Source: Deltaproteobacteria bacterium
GTDB lineage: Bacteria > JAMCPX01
Reading direction: 5' to 3'
Assembly: GCA_023382265.1 (NCBI GenBank)
Contig: JAMCPX010000017.1
Coordinates: forward strand, 4,838-68,837
DNA length: 64,000 nucleotides
Below, one piece after another: positions 27,950 to 39,013 of the stretch. Under the pieces are notes generated by a model. The model saw only the letters and a program-made list of their open reading frames with translations. It was not told the origin of the DNA and ran no database searches. Position 1 is the stretch's first letter. Every line of letters starts with the position of its first letter. Made by a program: the position numbers and the translations under genes.

Positions 27950-30253
27950 GTGAGATGTTATAAATGCCTTAAAGAAGTTCCTGCGGGTGTAGAAAAGTGT
28001 CCTCATTGCGGTCAGATTTTGTTTCCCAAATTTTCAAAAAACAATCCGGAGCAAAAATATAAAACAGGGCAAGAATCAATAGAATCAGCAAATGGAGGAA
28101 AGTCAAGCACCCCTGTACAGAAATCAGCGATTTTTCATGTTGGAGATATAATACTCTCCAGATACGAAGTAAGGGAGTTACTCAACTCTAAGGGCCTTGG
28201 GAACACGTACAAAGTAAGAGATAAAACTCGAAAAAAGATTTTTGTACTCAAAACCATACAACCCTCGTTGCTTTCATCGCAAAAGATAAAAAACCAGTTG
28301 TTCAACATTATGAAGATACTGAAAGAGCTAAAGCTGCCGGAGATTGCGATCATATATGATTATGGGGAGATAGAAACTACTCCATATATTGTTACAGAGT
28401 ACATAGAGGGGCTGACGCTCAGAAAATTGCTTGATGTAAGAAGAGACATGAAGCGTTTCTTTAAAGGTGAAGAACTCGAATCCATACTTAGACATCTGTG
28501 CAAAGCATTGATTACCGCCCATAATAACGGCATTGTTCATGGTGATTTAAAACCTGAAAATATCTTCATACTTCCAAACGGTATAAAGATCACGGATTTT
28601 GGCATTGCAAGCGCGCTCTCGCCATTAGACTTCGCATCAATACAGCAAGATCTCGGGTATGCTTATGCATACATAGCCCCGGAGATCATCATAGGTGGGG
28701 CATTGGCAAAAGTAAGTGACATATATTCACTCGGGGTTATAACCTATGAGATGCTAACAGGGCTTATACCTTCCGGCGTAGTAAGCCCGCCGAGCACCTA
28801 TAATAAAGAACTTTTCCCGGACATTGACAGAGTAGTTTTGAATGCCATACAGCAGGATTATGAAAAACGGGCTCAATACATAACCGATTTCTATAAAACA
28901 CTCGTGCACTTATTTGGAAAAGAACCGGATGCCTTTGAAGAAAAACAATGGGAAACAAAAGAACAGCAAGGAATAGAAGAGGCTGGCAAACTGCATACAG
29001 AAATCGATAAAGAATTATTAATGTATATAGACACGGAAGGGACAAGTATCCCTCATACTAATCTTGAGGAGGCATCTAAAAAAGAAACAGCAAACCCTTC
29101 GGAACCCCGGCAGCAAATTATAGAAAATCTTCCTCTGATAGAAGAAAAACACTCACCTGTTAGACAGCCAGAGCCTGAAAGCGATATCGTTCAAGAACAA
29201 CAGTTAGAGCCTAAAAAGGTACCGTTAATACCTTCTCCAGAAAAGGTTAAGGAGAAACTCGCTAAGAAATCTCCAATCGGACTTATAACAGTTATAAGTG
29301 CTGGTACTGCAATTATATCAGCAGTCATTGTATGGATGGTTTTGAAGCCATCTCACGAGATAATAGCATCTCGTATTACTCCATCTCAGATGGCTTCAAC
29401 TCAAATAACCCAATCTCAGATGACTTCAACTCGAAAAACCAAATCTCAGATGACTGCATCTACTATAAAACATGTCCTAAGAAAGGTCATAAAACATACA
29501 AAACCTGTTGAAAAAGCAAAAATCATACCGCACCAGTTACAACAGCCTGAAAGCATTGCAAAGCCGATAGAACAAAGAAAAGAAAAGCTACCTGTAAAAC
29601 CTGAAAAAGAGGTAAATGCAGCTGTAGTGCCGGAGAAACTCATTACACCACCTGCACCAAAACCTCAATGCCCTGATAACATGGTATATATACCTGCCGG
29701 CAGCTTTATAATGGGCAGTTCTCCTTCCGATCCTATGAGAGATTTTTCAGAAAAACCAAATGTAAAAACATACATAGATAGCTTTTGTATTGATAAATAT
29801 GAGTACCCGGATAAAAAAGGCGTAATACCTGTAGTAGATATAAATTTCTATACCGCCAAACAGATCTGTAGCGAAGAAAATAAAAACCTTTGTACTGAAG
29901 CTGAATGGGAAAAAGCATGTAAAGGATCCGGCAATCTCAAGTACCCTTATGGAAATAAATGGGATGATTCAAAATGCAATACGCAAACATCCGACGGAAC
30001 GAACAGGTCTATTGCACCATCAGGGAGTTTTATAGGATGTGCGAGCGGTTATGGTGTTTACGATATGAGTGGAAATGTAATGGAGTGGACTGATAATGTT
30101 TTTTCATCGGCAGATACTCGGTATAAGGTAGTAAAAGGGGGCTCTTATACAAGGCCTGACTGGGGGACACGCTGTGCATCCAGATACAATATGCTACCCA
30201 ATTCAACGAGCCCTGAAGTGGGATTCAGATGTTGCAGCAACCCGTTGAAATGA
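27950..30253 (+). CDS. Ser/Thr protein kinase with N-terminal zinc ribbon, single TM, decapeptide repeats and C-terminal formylglycine-generating-enzyme (FGE-sulfatase/SUMF1) domain
   Basis: CYKC...CPHC zinc ribbon. Hanks kinase motifs (HGDLKPENIF, DFGIA, APEII). A TM helix (PIGLITVISAGTAIISAVIVWMVL). A C-terminal FGE-like domain (MVYIPAGSFIMGSS...YGVYDMSGNVMEWT...VVKGGSY). Confidence 0.85.
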   Translation: MRCYKCLKEVPAGVEKCPHCGQILFPKFSKNNPEQKYKTGQESIESANGGKSSTPVQKSAIFHVGDIILSRYEVRELLNSKGLGNTYKVRDKTRKKIFVLKTIQPSLLSSQKIKNQLFNIMKILKELKLPEIAIIYDYGEIETTPYIVTEYIEGLTLRKLLDVRRDMKRFFKGEELESILRHLCKALITAHNNGIVHGDLKPENIFILPNGIKITDFGIASALSPLDFASIQQDLGYAYAYIAPEIIIGGALAKVSDIYSLGVITYEMLTGLIPSGVVSPPSTYNKELFPDIDRVVLNAIQQDYEKRAQYITDFYKTLVHLFGKEPDAFEEKQWETKEQQGIEEAGKLHTEIDKELLMYIDTEGTSIPHTNLEEASKKETANPSEPRQQIIENLPLIEEKHSPVRQPEPESDIVQEQQLEPKKVPLIPSPEKVKEKLAKKSPIGLITVISAGTAIISAVIVWMVLKPSHEIIASRITPSQMASTQITQSQMTSTRKTKSQMTASTIKHVLRKVIKHTKPVEKAKIIPHQLQQPESIAKPIEQRKEKLPVKPEKEVNAAVVPEKLITPPAPKPQCPDNMVYIPAGSFIMGSSPSDPMRDFSEKPNVKTYIDSFCIDKYEYPDKKGVIPVVDINFYTAKQICSEENKNLCTEAEWEKACKGSGNLKYPYGNKWDDSKCNTQTSDGTNRSIAPSGSFIGCASGYGVYDMSGNVMEWTDNVFSSADTRYKVVKGGSYTRPDWGTRCASRYNMLPNSTSPEVGFRCCSNPLK
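29378..29467 (+). repeat. 3 x 30-bp in-frame tandem repeat inside the kinase gene, encoding (I/K)T(P/Q/K)SQM(A/T)STx decapeptides
   Basis: Units: actccatctcagatggcttcaactcaaata, acccaatctcagatgacttcaactcgaaaa, accaaatctcagatgactgcatctactata. Confidence 0.7.
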
Positions 30254-30254
30254 T

Positions 30255-30959
30255 CTAAGAACTCAAGTTTTCAATTTCAGCTCTCACCTTATCAATAAGT
30301 ACCTCTTTATTATCCATATTGTATTGATCAACTTGTATGGGTTTACCTATCTTAACCCTTATTGTGCCTGATTTTACCAATAATGAATGAGAAGGTAAAA
30401 TCTCAAAACTTCCTTTTATTCCAATAGGAACAATTGAAAAGCCTGATTCTATAGCAAGTACGAATCCGCCCTTTTTAAACGGCCCTATTTTGCCGGTCAA
30501 GCTTCTTGTACCTTCAGGGAAAAGTATAATAGAAAATCCATATTTAAGCATACGCCTTCTTGCTTGTTCAATACTCTTTCTTGCCAATATAATGTTTTTT
30601 CTATTAATAATAACGTGCCTGCCCAAATACACTGCCAAGCCAAAAACCGGAATCTTCAGCAGTTCTTTTTTTGCAAAAAATCTTAATTCCAAGGGTGATT
30701 TGAATACAATAGCTGCCGTATCAATGTGGCTTATGTGATTGGACATAAAAATGTAAGATTTGTTTTTATCGAGTTTATCAAATCCTTCAATATCCACTTT
30801 TATACCGGCGGTTTTAAGTATCAGCCATGCCCAGATCCTTGAAATAAAAAATACAATATTACCCGTTGGATCAAATAAACCTATTATTATTGCTAATGTC
30901 GCTACAACGGCGGTATAGATAATAATTCCAACAAATGTAATATACGATCTCATAAGCAA
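30255..30959 (-). CDS. plsC: 1-acyl-sn-glycerol-3-phosphate acyltransferase
   Basis: HxxxxD (NHISHIDT) and FPEGTRS acyltransferase motifs, with an N-terminal TM. Confidence 0.8.
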   Translation of the reverse strand: MLMRSYITFVGIIIYTAVVATLAIIIGLFDPTGNIVFFISRIWAWLILKTAGIKVDIEGFDKLDKNKSYIFMSNHISHIDTAAIVFKSPLELRFFAKKELLKIPVFGLAVYLGRHVIINRKNIILARKSIEQARRRMLKYGFSIILFPEGTRSLTGKIGPFKKGGFVLAIESGFSIVPIGIKGSFEILPSHSLLVKSGTIRVKIGKPIQVDQYNMDNKEVLIDKVRAEIENLSS

Positions 30960-31103
30960 GTATTACATAAATATCTGTTTTTTTCAATATATCTCAAACA
31001 GCTACCAGATAAGTGGATCGTGGTAGTTATGTTGAAAGAATGTACTTGATTTGTCAGGATTGAACAGGCAATTAAACGGCAAAGCCAATCACTCACTTCA
31101 CAA

Positions 31104-31838
31104 TCATTCTTTAAGTGCCCTCTCCGTAAAGTCTCTATTGGATAATCCTGTATTGATCTTCATTTCCTTTACGATGATGTACGTTGTATGATTTTCCTGC
31201 ACGTTACGCATTTCCATAGACATCGGGAACCATTTACCGTTGATCTCTTTCATCTCTGTATTTGTCAGAATTTTCAAGAGCTTTCCGGAAGGATCATAAA
31301 ATTCTATCTTTAACGGTACAAAGGTATCATCCTTTACCCAGAGCTTTACCTTACTGTACGCTGAGCCGGACTTTTTGGGCGTAAGGGTCAATGCATATTC
31401 ATGATCTTTATAACTATCAATGGCCGCATTAAAGTCCTCTGCAAGCCCGCTCGAGCTTAGATCTCTATAATTAAAATCAGAACCCATAAAATCCCCGTGT
31501 GATGCATATCCGGCGATACGTCTTACCCTGCTTAAAGCAGGCAGATATAACCACATATTCTCGCTGCCTCTTGATAGGAAGGCAGTTCCTTTAATATCGG
31601 CAGGTGATAAGAACCTTATAAGCTTATCATTGGCACCTTTCATATACATTTTTAATGTTCTTTCTACTGTTGTGCCGCTGCTATCAATAAGCTTCATTAC
31701 AGCCACACTCGTTTTATCCTTTGTTAATTGCTGGTTATCGATTTTTTGTAACACTTCATTCCCGGTTAAAGGTGCAGATGCGTTTACAATTAAGGGTAGA
31801 ACGACTGGTAATATTGAAAATATTGTTATCTTCTTCAT
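31104..31838 (-). CDS. outer-membrane lipoprotein-sorting (LolA-like) family protein
   Basis: Signal peptide and roughly 220-aa beta-rich protein with the LolA-like pattern (MYMKGANDKLIRFLSPADIKGTAFL...KLWV). Confidence 0.5.
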   Translation of the reverse strand: MKKITIFSILPVVLPLIVNASAPLTGNEVLQKIDNQQLTKDKTSVAVMKLIDSSGTTVERTLKMYMKGANDKLIRFLSPADIKGTAFLSRGSENMWLYLPALSRVRRIAGYASHGDFMGSDFNYRDLSSSGLAEDFNAAIDSYKDHEYALTLTPKKSGSAYSKVKLWVKDDTFVPLKIEFYDPSGKLLKILTNTEMKEINGKWFPMSMEMRNVQENHTTYIIVKEMKINTGLSNRDFTERALKE

Positions 31839-32010
31839 TTTTATGCCTCCCGAACAGCTATATAAATAGTCATTGTAAACTTATATGTCAAACAAAGTTG
31901 CCATTTACTTAAATCCGATATATAAATTTTATGTATTATCAGATAAGGCGTAATTCTACTATCTCAAGATAGTCGGTCATTAGAGGAAATGGTGTAATGG
32001 AGGTTTTTTT

Positions 32011-32733
32011 ATGAAAGATAAAGAGCATTACAAGCTTGGCAAAGAATATTTCCTTGATAATAAATATGATCTTGCAATGAAACATTTTACAATCTTTGAA
32101 AAGAACAATAGAGATTATGCTGATGTTTATAACATGCTTGGAGTGATTTATTATCTAAAGGGCAATATAAAGGATGCGATAGGTTCGCTCGAAAGATCTC
32201 TTGAACTAAACCCAACGTATCTGGAAGCAGCAACAAGTTTATCCATTATTTATAACGATATAGGGCAATATGAGAAAGCAAAAAACGTGTTAAATAAGGT
32301 TAAAGAATCGTCACACACAAAAACCATAAAAGAGATGGAAGATAAACTTATCTATTCCAGGCTTGCAAATATGCATGCAAAACTCGGAGATCTTTATACA
32401 GAAATAGACAATTATGATAGTGCAATAGAGGAATATCAAAAGGCTTTAAAACTTCAACCCGTTTATGTTGATATAAAAACAAAACTAGCTTTAGCATTAA
32501 GAACAAAAGGACTTATTGCACAAGCTATAAAGGAGCTTGAAGAAGTCCAGATGATAAATGCCGATTATATACCTGCGAAGGTTAATCTCGGGATACTATA
32601 CTATCTAATGGGTAGATACGATGATGCAATTGTCGAACTTGAAGATGTGCTCAGGAGAGAGCCTAAAAATGGAATTGCCAATATATATATTAAAGCTGCT
32701 AAGAATGGATTGATGAAGAAACAAAATGCGTAA
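32011..32733 (+). CDS. TPR-repeat protein
   Basis: Multiple 34-aa TPR units (AxxYxxLGxxYxxxGxxxxAIxxxxxALxLxP pattern). Confidence 0.7.
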   Translation: MKDKEHYKLGKEYFLDNKYDLAMKHFTIFEKNNRDYADVYNMLGVIYYLKGNIKDAIGSLERSLELNPTYLEAATSLSIIYNDIGQYEKAKNVLNKVKESSHTKTIKEMEDKLIYSRLANMHAKLGDLYTEIDNYDSAIEEYQKALKLQPVYVDIKTKLALALRTKGLIAQAIKELEEVQMINADYIPAKVNLGILYYLMGRYDDAIVELEDVLRREPKNGIANIYIKAAKNGLMKKQNA

Positions 32734-33295
32734 AATTACTACCTACATTTTGTGCATAACGCTATTATTGATAGCGTATAACTTAGCTTACGCGGAGTCG
32801 TATAAAGATATAGATGATTTTAAACTCCTTGAGGATAAAGAATATTATAGTTATCTTATAAAAGATATAGGTGCGGCGAGACATAGCATAGACATAATTA
32901 TGTACTTGTTCAAACCAACAGGTTATAGAAACGGATTACCGGATCATATCCTTGACTCAATAGAGAGTAAACATAAACAGGGTGTTAATGTGATAGTACT
33001 TTTGAATATAGATGATAGATATAAGAACAACGGAAAAGCTGTATCGGTAAATGATTCAAACACTTCTGTAGCAAAGGATCTCGAAAAAAGGGGTATAAGG
33101 GTTTATTTCGATTCACCTAAAAGAATAACTCACGCAAAGGTCATTATAATTGACAAGCGTATCGTTTACATAGGCAGTCATAATTTTACTCAAAGTGCGT
33201 TGAAATATAATCATGAAATAAGTGTAAGGATTGTTTCATCCGATTTAGCAGAAATGCTTTTAAGATACATGGAGGTCATAGAACATGAGATATAG
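32726..33295 (+). CDS. phospholipase D-family (single HKD motif) protein, NucT/PLD-like
   Basis: Signal peptide and one HxKxxxxD motif (THAKVIIIDKRIVYIGSHNFT). It overlaps the upstream TPR gene by 8 nt. Confidence 0.6.
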   Translation: MRKITTYILCITLLLIAYNLAYAESYKDIDDFKLLEDKEYYSYLIKDIGAARHSIDIIMYLFKPTGYRNGLPDHILDSIESKHKQGVNVIVLLNIDDRYKNNGKAVSVNDSNTSVAKDLEKRGIRVYFDSPKRITHAKVIIIDKRIVYIGSHNFTQSALKYNHEISVRIVSSDLAEMLLRYMEVIEHEI

Positions 33296-35189
33296 GTTTT
33301 TATCAATATCTCTCTTATTGGTAATCGTATACAGTTGTGCTCCCAGGATTGTTTATGAAGGCAGGATGATGAACGTAGAACAGGTGATAAGTATTGTCAG
33401 GAACAAGGCATCCGAACATGAAAAAAAACATGATCTTATAGAAGCCATAAAGCTGTACGCATCAATACCAAAGATATACAAGGACAGCATTTATGCACCC
33501 TATGGATTATTTAAGGCCGGTGAGCTTTCAATGAAATTAAAATTATATAATGATGCCAGGGGCTATTACAATCAGATAATAACACAGTATTCAAACAGCA
33601 GATACTCATACAATGCAATGATTGGTTCCGGGGTTATCGATATGATAGAGACTCAATACAGCAATGCAGCGGATCAATTTAAATCAGCCATTAAACGGTC
33701 AGAAGGCGATAAAAAAGGAAGAGCATATTTTTTGCTTGGCGAGGCATATTATATGGGAGATAAGTATCGGGATGCATGTAATGCTTATGCTCATTCAATG
33801 ACTCTATTCTCCAATAAACCCGATATAGAGCTTTCACGTATGATGATTGATAAAATCGTTAATGCCTATCTTAGTGATAATGATGCAAAGCAACTTCTAA
33901 AAGGAGCGTATACGGTATATGAGACGTCGCTTCTACAGCTAAAGCTTGCCAGGGCTATGCTCTCTTCAAATAATTACATGGCAGCGCTAAAACTTTTAAA
34001 TGCGATAATAGCCTCCGGCATTCCATACCCTGAGGTCATGAATACGGCAATTTCTTTGAAGCAACAAATCGAATCTATCGTTAATGTGGATATGAAACAC
34101 ATAGGCTGCATTCTGCCTTTAAGCGGAGAAATGGCTCCTTTTGGTGAACAGGTGTTAAAAGGTATAGAACTTGCTATCGGATTTTCAGGAACCAATGGAT
34201 CAGGTTATAGGCTTTTTATAGGGGATTCAAAAGGTGTACCCGAAGAGGCTGTTAAACAGGCAGAGGAATTAGTTAAAAAAGATCATGTGTCTGCAATCAT
34301 TGGTCCATTGCTGAATGCCACTTCTCAGGAGGTTGCTTATGAAATGCAGGAGTACGGTGTTCCGGACATAACAATTAATCAGAATTCGAATATCACGAAA
34401 GTAGGCAGTTATATATTCCAGAACAGCCTTACATCCGCGGATCAGGCAAGAAATATTGTTGACTATTCAATGAAAGTGCTCGGCATAAATAGTTATGCAG
34501 TACTGTATCCGGAATCTAATTATGGTGAAAGTATGATGCGTTCTTTTGTAGAAGAAGTATTGCAAAACGGCGGTTCAATAAATGGTCTTGAAGGATATGA
34601 TACTACAGAAACAGATTATAAAGTCCAGATCAAAAAGCTTATAGGTACATATTATCTCGATCTACGGAAAGCAGATATCTTAAAATTACCGCGAGATCAA
34701 CGTTCTAAACCCCCGCCGATAATAGATTTTAAAGCGATTTTTATTCCCGATTATTATGAAAAAATTGCAATGATTGCACCGGAATTGCTCTACTATGATG
34801 TTAACAATGTTCAGTTATTAGGCGGCAATGGCTGGAGCAGTGAAGCCCTTATCAAACTCGGCGGCAGGTACGTTGATGGTTCTATATATGTAGATGGTTT
34901 TTTTACTCAGAGTACCGATCCAGCAGTAGTGCAATTTGTGAACAAATACAACTCCGAGTTTTCGGTTGAGCCGACTATCCTATCAGCACTTGGTTATGAT
35001 ACAGCCAATATCCTTATTAATGCTATTAAGGATGCTAAGACAAGAAAGGATATAAGAAACAACATTATGGGGCTTAAAAATTATAACGGTGTTACAGGTA
35101 TTACAACGTACGATGGCAGTAGAGTGCCGGTTAAAAAACTTTACATATTAAAGGTATATGGTAATAGAATAATCGAGGTGGGGCATTGA
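33285..35189 (+). CDS. TPR domain + type-I periplasmic binding protein domain protein (LpoA-like architecture)
   Basis: Signal peptide, an N-terminal TPR-rich half, and a C-terminal Leu/Ile/Val-binding-protein-like PBP1 fold (ILPLSGEMAPFGEQVLKGIELAI...). Confidence 0.6.
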   Translation: MRYRFLSISLLLVIVYSCAPRIVYEGRMMNVEQVISIVRNKASEHEKKHDLIEAIKLYASIPKIYKDSIYAPYGLFKAGELSMKLKLYNDARGYYNQIITQYSNSRYSYNAMIGSGVIDMIETQYSNAADQFKSAIKRSEGDKKGRAYFLLGEAYYMGDKYRDACNAYAHSMTLFSNKPDIELSRMMIDKIVNAYLSDNDAKQLLKGAYTVYETSLLQLKLARAMLSSNNYMAALKLLNAIIASGIPYPEVMNTAISLKQQIESIVNVDMKHIGCILPLSGEMAPFGEQVLKGIELAIGFSGTNGSGYRLFIGDSKGVPEEAVKQAEELVKKDHVSAIIGPLLNATSQEVAYEMQEYGVPDITINQNSNITKVGSYIFQNSLTSADQARNIVDYSMKVLGINSYAVLYPESNYGESMMRSFVEEVLQNGGSINGLEGYDTTETDYKVQIKKLIGTYYLDLRKADILKLPRDQRSKPPPIIDFKAIFIPDYYEKIAMIAPELLYYDVNNVQLLGGNGWSSEALIKLGGRYVDGSIYVDGFFTQSTDPAVVQFVNKYNSEFSVEPTILSALGYDTANILINAIKDAKTRKDIRNNIMGLKNYNGVTGITTYDGSRVPVKKLYILKVYGNRIIEVGH

Positions 35190-35199
35190 GGCATTAGTC

Positions 35200-35631
35200 A
35201 TGAAACCGAAAAGCACAATAGATAAAATAAATATGGAACTTGGCGATATTGCAATAGAAACAATAAAGACTTGGATGTATGCGGATATTGGTATACCCGA
35301 TATTAAAAGTGACATCTACGAAAAACAGGATGAACTTATCATAGAGATGGATGTTCCTGGTGTAGATGCCGGGCATGTAGAGTGCTTTGTGCAGAACAAT
35401 GTAGTTTATGTTTACGGAGAGAAATTCGAAGTAGTTGAGCATAATATTATTAGATACGGTCAGGTAGAAAGGACCTTTGGAAGCTTTACTAAAATAATAC
35501 CGATACAGTCCACGTGTGATACCAGGAATATAAAAGCAGTATTAAAGAATGGTGTATTGAAGATTATCCTCAAAAAAATACAGGATAGAAGAGTTAGTAA
35601 AATAAGGATAAAAATAGAAAAAGGATCATGA
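35200..35631 (+). CDS. Hsp20/alpha-crystallin family small heat-shock protein
   Basis: Alpha-crystallin domain (DIYEKQDELIIEMDVPGV...FERTFGSF...NGVLKIIL). Confidence 0.8.
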   Translation: MKPKSTIDKINMELGDIAIETIKTWMYADIGIPDIKSDIYEKQDELIIEMDVPGVDAGHVECFVQNNVVYVYGEKFEVVEHNIIRYGQVERTFGSFTKIIPIQSTCDTRNIKAVLKNGVLKIILKKIQDRRVSKIRIKIEKGS

Positions 35632-35632
35632 T

Positions 35633-38077
35633 ATGACGGAAGAAATTGATTTAAAACAAGAAAATGAACAGCAGCCAGACAGGACAAAGATTCCCGATGA
35701 ACTGCCGCTCGTTCCTATAAGGGATGTTGTACTATTCCCCAATATGATACTGCCGCTATTTGTCGGGAGAGAAGCATCAATATCCGCAATCGATTATGCG
35801 CTTACAAAAGAAAGGCTTGTAGTATTCTCGACGCAAAAAAATATGAACGAGGAATCTCCGCTGCCGGAAGGGATATATGAGACAGGGACTGTCGGCTCCA
35901 TAACACGCATGCTTAAACTGCCTGACGGTAGGGTAAAAATTCTCATACAGGGGCTGTCGCGCGTACATATAAAAGAGTATAAACAACAGAAGCCGTTTTA
36001 TCTTGTAAGCATTGATGTTATACAGGAAGAACCTGTTACAGAAACTGTAGAGATACAGGCACTCATAAGAACCGTTAAAGAGCAGCTTGAAAAGGTAGTT
36101 GCAATGGGCAAACCAATTCAGCCTGATGCACTTATACTACTTGAAAACATAACAGATCCTGGAAGGATAGCGGATATAATTGTAACAAACTATGGCTTGA
36201 AAACCGCAGAGCTCCAAACATTTCTTGAGACTGTTGATCCTGTACAGAGATTAAAGTCTGTCATGGAAATACAGAACAAAGAAATGGAACTTTTGACATT
36301 ACAGGCAAAAATACAGTCTCATGCAAGAGAGGAGATGGGTAAGGTTCAAAGAGAATATTTTTTAAGGGAGCAGCTCAAAGCCATTAAAAGTGAACTCGGT
36401 GAAATCGATGAAAAAGCGAGAGAGATACAGGAGTTCAGAGATAAAATAAAAAAGGCAAAGATGCCGAAAGATGTTGAAGAAGAAGCGCAGGGTCAGGTAA
36501 ACAGGCTTGAGATGATGCATCCAGATTCTGCTGAAGCATCTATAGTAAGAACTTACCTTGAATGGCTGACAGAGATTCCATGGAGTAAAAAAACAAAAGA
36601 AAATATTGATATAAAGCATGCAAAAAGTATACTCGATGTGGATCATTATGATCTTGAAAAAGTAAAAGAACGTATACTTGAATATCTCTCAGTGAGAAGG
36701 CTTAAAAAAAAGGCAAAAGGTCCTATACTATGCTTTGTAGGACCACCGGGTGTAGGTAAGACATCCCTCGGTAAGTCAATAGCACGCGCACTCAACAGAA
36801 AATTTGTTAGGATGTCTCTTGGCGGTATAAGAGATGAAGCAGAGATAAGAGGCCATAGGCGAACCTATATAGGTGCCATGCCTGGCAGGATTATACAGGG
36901 GATAAAACAGATCGGCACAAAAAATCCTGTTTATATGCTCGATGAAATTGATAAAATAGGCGTAGATTTTAGAGGAGACCCGTCTGCAGCACTTCTTGAA
37001 GTTCTTGATCCGGAACAGAATTTCTCATTTTCCGATAATTATCTCGGTGTTCCTTTTGATTTAAGCGATGTCCTGTTTATAGCAACTGCGAACATGATGG
37101 ATCCTGTTCCGCCTGCATTAAAAGATAGAATGGAGGTGATAAGCCTCGCCGGATACACCGATGAAGAGAAATTACGCATTGCACAAAAATTTATAATCTC
37201 AAGACAGGGGAATGAAACGGGTGTGGGGAAAAATAATGTTAAGTTTGAAGAGGCAGCTATACTCTTCATTATAAATAACTACACCAAAGAAGCAGGCCTG
37301 AGAAATCTCGAAAGAGAAATAGCAACAATCTTTAGGAAAGTTGCTCAAAAGATAGCAGAAGGAGAGAAGCCGCCTTTCAATATAACAAAAAATGATGTGA
37401 GAAAATATCTTGGTGCCCCCAAAATTCCTATAGAAGACCTTATGTACAAAGATGAGATTGGTGTTGCAACCGGTCTTGCGTGGACGCCTTACGGCGGAGA
37501 TGTGCTTTACATAGAGGTGATAATAATGAAAGGCAAAGGCAGACTAACACTTACAGGACAGCTTGGCGATGTGATGAAGGAATCCGCAATGGCTGCTGTA
37601 AGTTATCTTAGATCAAAGGCAACGGAACTTGGTATAAATGATGGATCTTTTTTTGATAGGTTCGATATTCATATACATGTGCCTGCCGGTGCTATTCCTA
37701 AGGATGGGCCCTCAGCAGGGATCACTATGGCTGTTGCAACTGCGTCTGCTCTTACACGTAAAAAGGTTAGAAGAGATGTTGCAATGACCGGCGAGATTAC
37801 ATTGAGGGGTAATGTACTGCCAATAGGGGGTTTGAAAGAGAAGTCTCTTGCAGCTCTCAGAGCAAAGATATACAGAGTTATAATGCCGGAAGCGAACAAA
37901 CCGGATCTCGAAGAATTACCGGATTATGTTAAAGATAAAATCACTTTTATCCCTGTAAAACACATAAGCGAAGTTCTGGAACAGGTTTTGCTCACAAATA
38001 AAAAATCAACTCATTCAAAGAATGATGCAAAAAACAATAAAAAACTGGGAAGAGATAGACCTCATAAAAAGAATTAA
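35633..38077 (+). CDS. lon: ATP-dependent protease Lon
   Basis: N-terminal LON domain, AAA+ (GPPGVGKTS Walker A, DEIDK), and a protease domain with catalytic Ser (DGPSAGIT) and Lys. Confidence 0.95.
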   Translation: MTEEIDLKQENEQQPDRTKIPDELPLVPIRDVVLFPNMILPLFVGREASISAIDYALTKERLVVFSTQKNMNEESPLPEGIYETGTVGSITRMLKLPDGRVKILIQGLSRVHIKEYKQQKPFYLVSIDVIQEEPVTETVEIQALIRTVKEQLEKVVAMGKPIQPDALILLENITDPGRIADIIVTNYGLKTAELQTFLETVDPVQRLKSVMEIQNKEMELLTLQAKIQSHAREEMGKVQREYFLREQLKAIKSELGEIDEKAREIQEFRDKIKKAKMPKDVEEEAQGQVNRLEMMHPDSAEASIVRTYLEWLTEIPWSKKTKENIDIKHAKSILDVDHYDLEKVKERILEYLSVRRLKKKAKGPILCFVGPPGVGKTSLGKSIARALNRKFVRMSLGGIRDEAEIRGHRRTYIGAMPGRIIQGIKQIGTKNPVYMLDEIDKIGVDFRGDPSAALLEVLDPEQNFSFSDNYLGVPFDLSDVLFIATANMMDPVPPALKDRMEVISLAGYTDEEKLRIAQKFIISRQGNETGVGKNNVKFEEAAILFIINNYTKEAGLRNLEREIATIFRKVAQKIAEGEKPPFNITKNDVRKYLGAPKIPIEDLMYKDEIGVATGLAWTPYGGDVLYIEVIIMKGKGRLTLTGQLGDVMKESAMAAVSYLRSKATELGINDGSFFDRFDIHIHVPAGAIPKDGPSAGITMAVATASALTRKKVRRDVAMTGEITLRGNVLPIGGLKEKSLAALRAKIYRVIMPEANKPDLEELPDYVKDKITFIPVKHISEVLEQVLLTNKKSTHSKNDAKNNKKLGRDRPHKKN

Positions 38078-39011
38078 AAAAACTTCGGGAAAATCCAGAG
38101 GTGATGTTTTACTTGGTATTGGAGACGATACGGCTGTTGTATCGTGTAAAGGCAATAAGCAATTACTTTATACGGTTGATAGTGTTGTAGATGGTATACA
38201 TTTTCTTGGCGAACTAAATAAATGGGAAAGTGCCGGGAAAAGAGCCATTGGCGCGGCGGTAAGTGATATAGCAGCAATGGGTGGAATTCCCCTTTATGCA
38301 ATGTCTTCACTATTTCTGCCGGTAAGTTTTAATGAAAAGAATGTCCACAGGTTTATGCATGGATTTACATCCCGGTTAAAAGAATATGGTATTACACTTA
38401 TAGGAGGGAATATTACCACGACCAACGGGAGTTTTGCAGCGGATACGGTTGTTATAGGTGAAACAGAGAACAATACATTTATAACGAGGCATGGTGCAAG
38501 AGTCGGTGATATTATATGCCTTGCAGGTATAACAGGTGAAGCGATTGCGGGGCTTGATCTTTTGTTAAAGAGAAAAGAGAAAAAATATCCAGGGCTTGTG
38601 AACAGATATTTAGAACCCGTTCCAATGTTATTACAGGCACGTACAATTGTAAAACATCTTGTTCCTAATTCAATGATAGATGTATCTGATGGACTTATGC
38701 AGGATCTTAATCATATACTTGAAGAAAGCAATGTTGGTGCAAGACTTGATCTTGATAAAATACCCGTATCAAATGGTGTAAAATACACAGCAGAACTCAT
38801 GGGTAAAGATCCTTATGAGTATGTTTTAACCGGAGGTGATGACTATACACTGCTTTTTACTGTTTCTGTTACGCATTATAAAGGCGAGATAAACAGGCTT
38901 GGTATAAAAAGGATTGGTACGATAGTGGAGGATAAGGGTATCTCTATGTACAGGCATGGGAAAAAAATAAAATTGGCTTATGAAAGCAAAGGCTATATTC
39001 ATAGGGGATAA
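38022..39011 (+). CDS. thiL: thiamine-monophosphate kinase
   Basis: EEIDLIKRI...LGIGDDTAVV N-terminus and the AIR-synthase-like fold. The ORF start overlaps the lon 3' end, so the true start may be slightly downstream. Confidence 0.8.
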   Translation: MMQKTIKNWEEIDLIKRIKKTSGKSRGDVLLGIGDDTAVVSCKGNKQLLYTVDSVVDGIHFLGELNKWESAGKRAIGAAVSDIAAMGGIPLYAMSSLFLPVSFNEKNVHRFMHGFTSRLKEYGITLIGGNITTTNGSFAADTVVIGETENNTFITRHGARVGDIICLAGITGEAIAGLDLLLKRKEKKYPGLVNRYLEPVPMLLQARTIVKHLVPNSMIDVSDGLMQDLNHILEESNVGARLDLDKIPVSNGVKYTAELMGKDPYEYVLTGGDDYTLLFTVSVTHYKGEINRLGIKRIGTIVEDKGISMYRHGKKIKLAYESKGYIHRG

Positions 39012-39013
39012 AA

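Noticed and set aside
29378-29467. Possible CRISPR-like or intergenic tandem repeat
   Set aside because: The 30-bp repeats are in frame inside the kinase gene and encode a decapeptide repeat. No spacers, leader or cas genes are present anywhere in the window.
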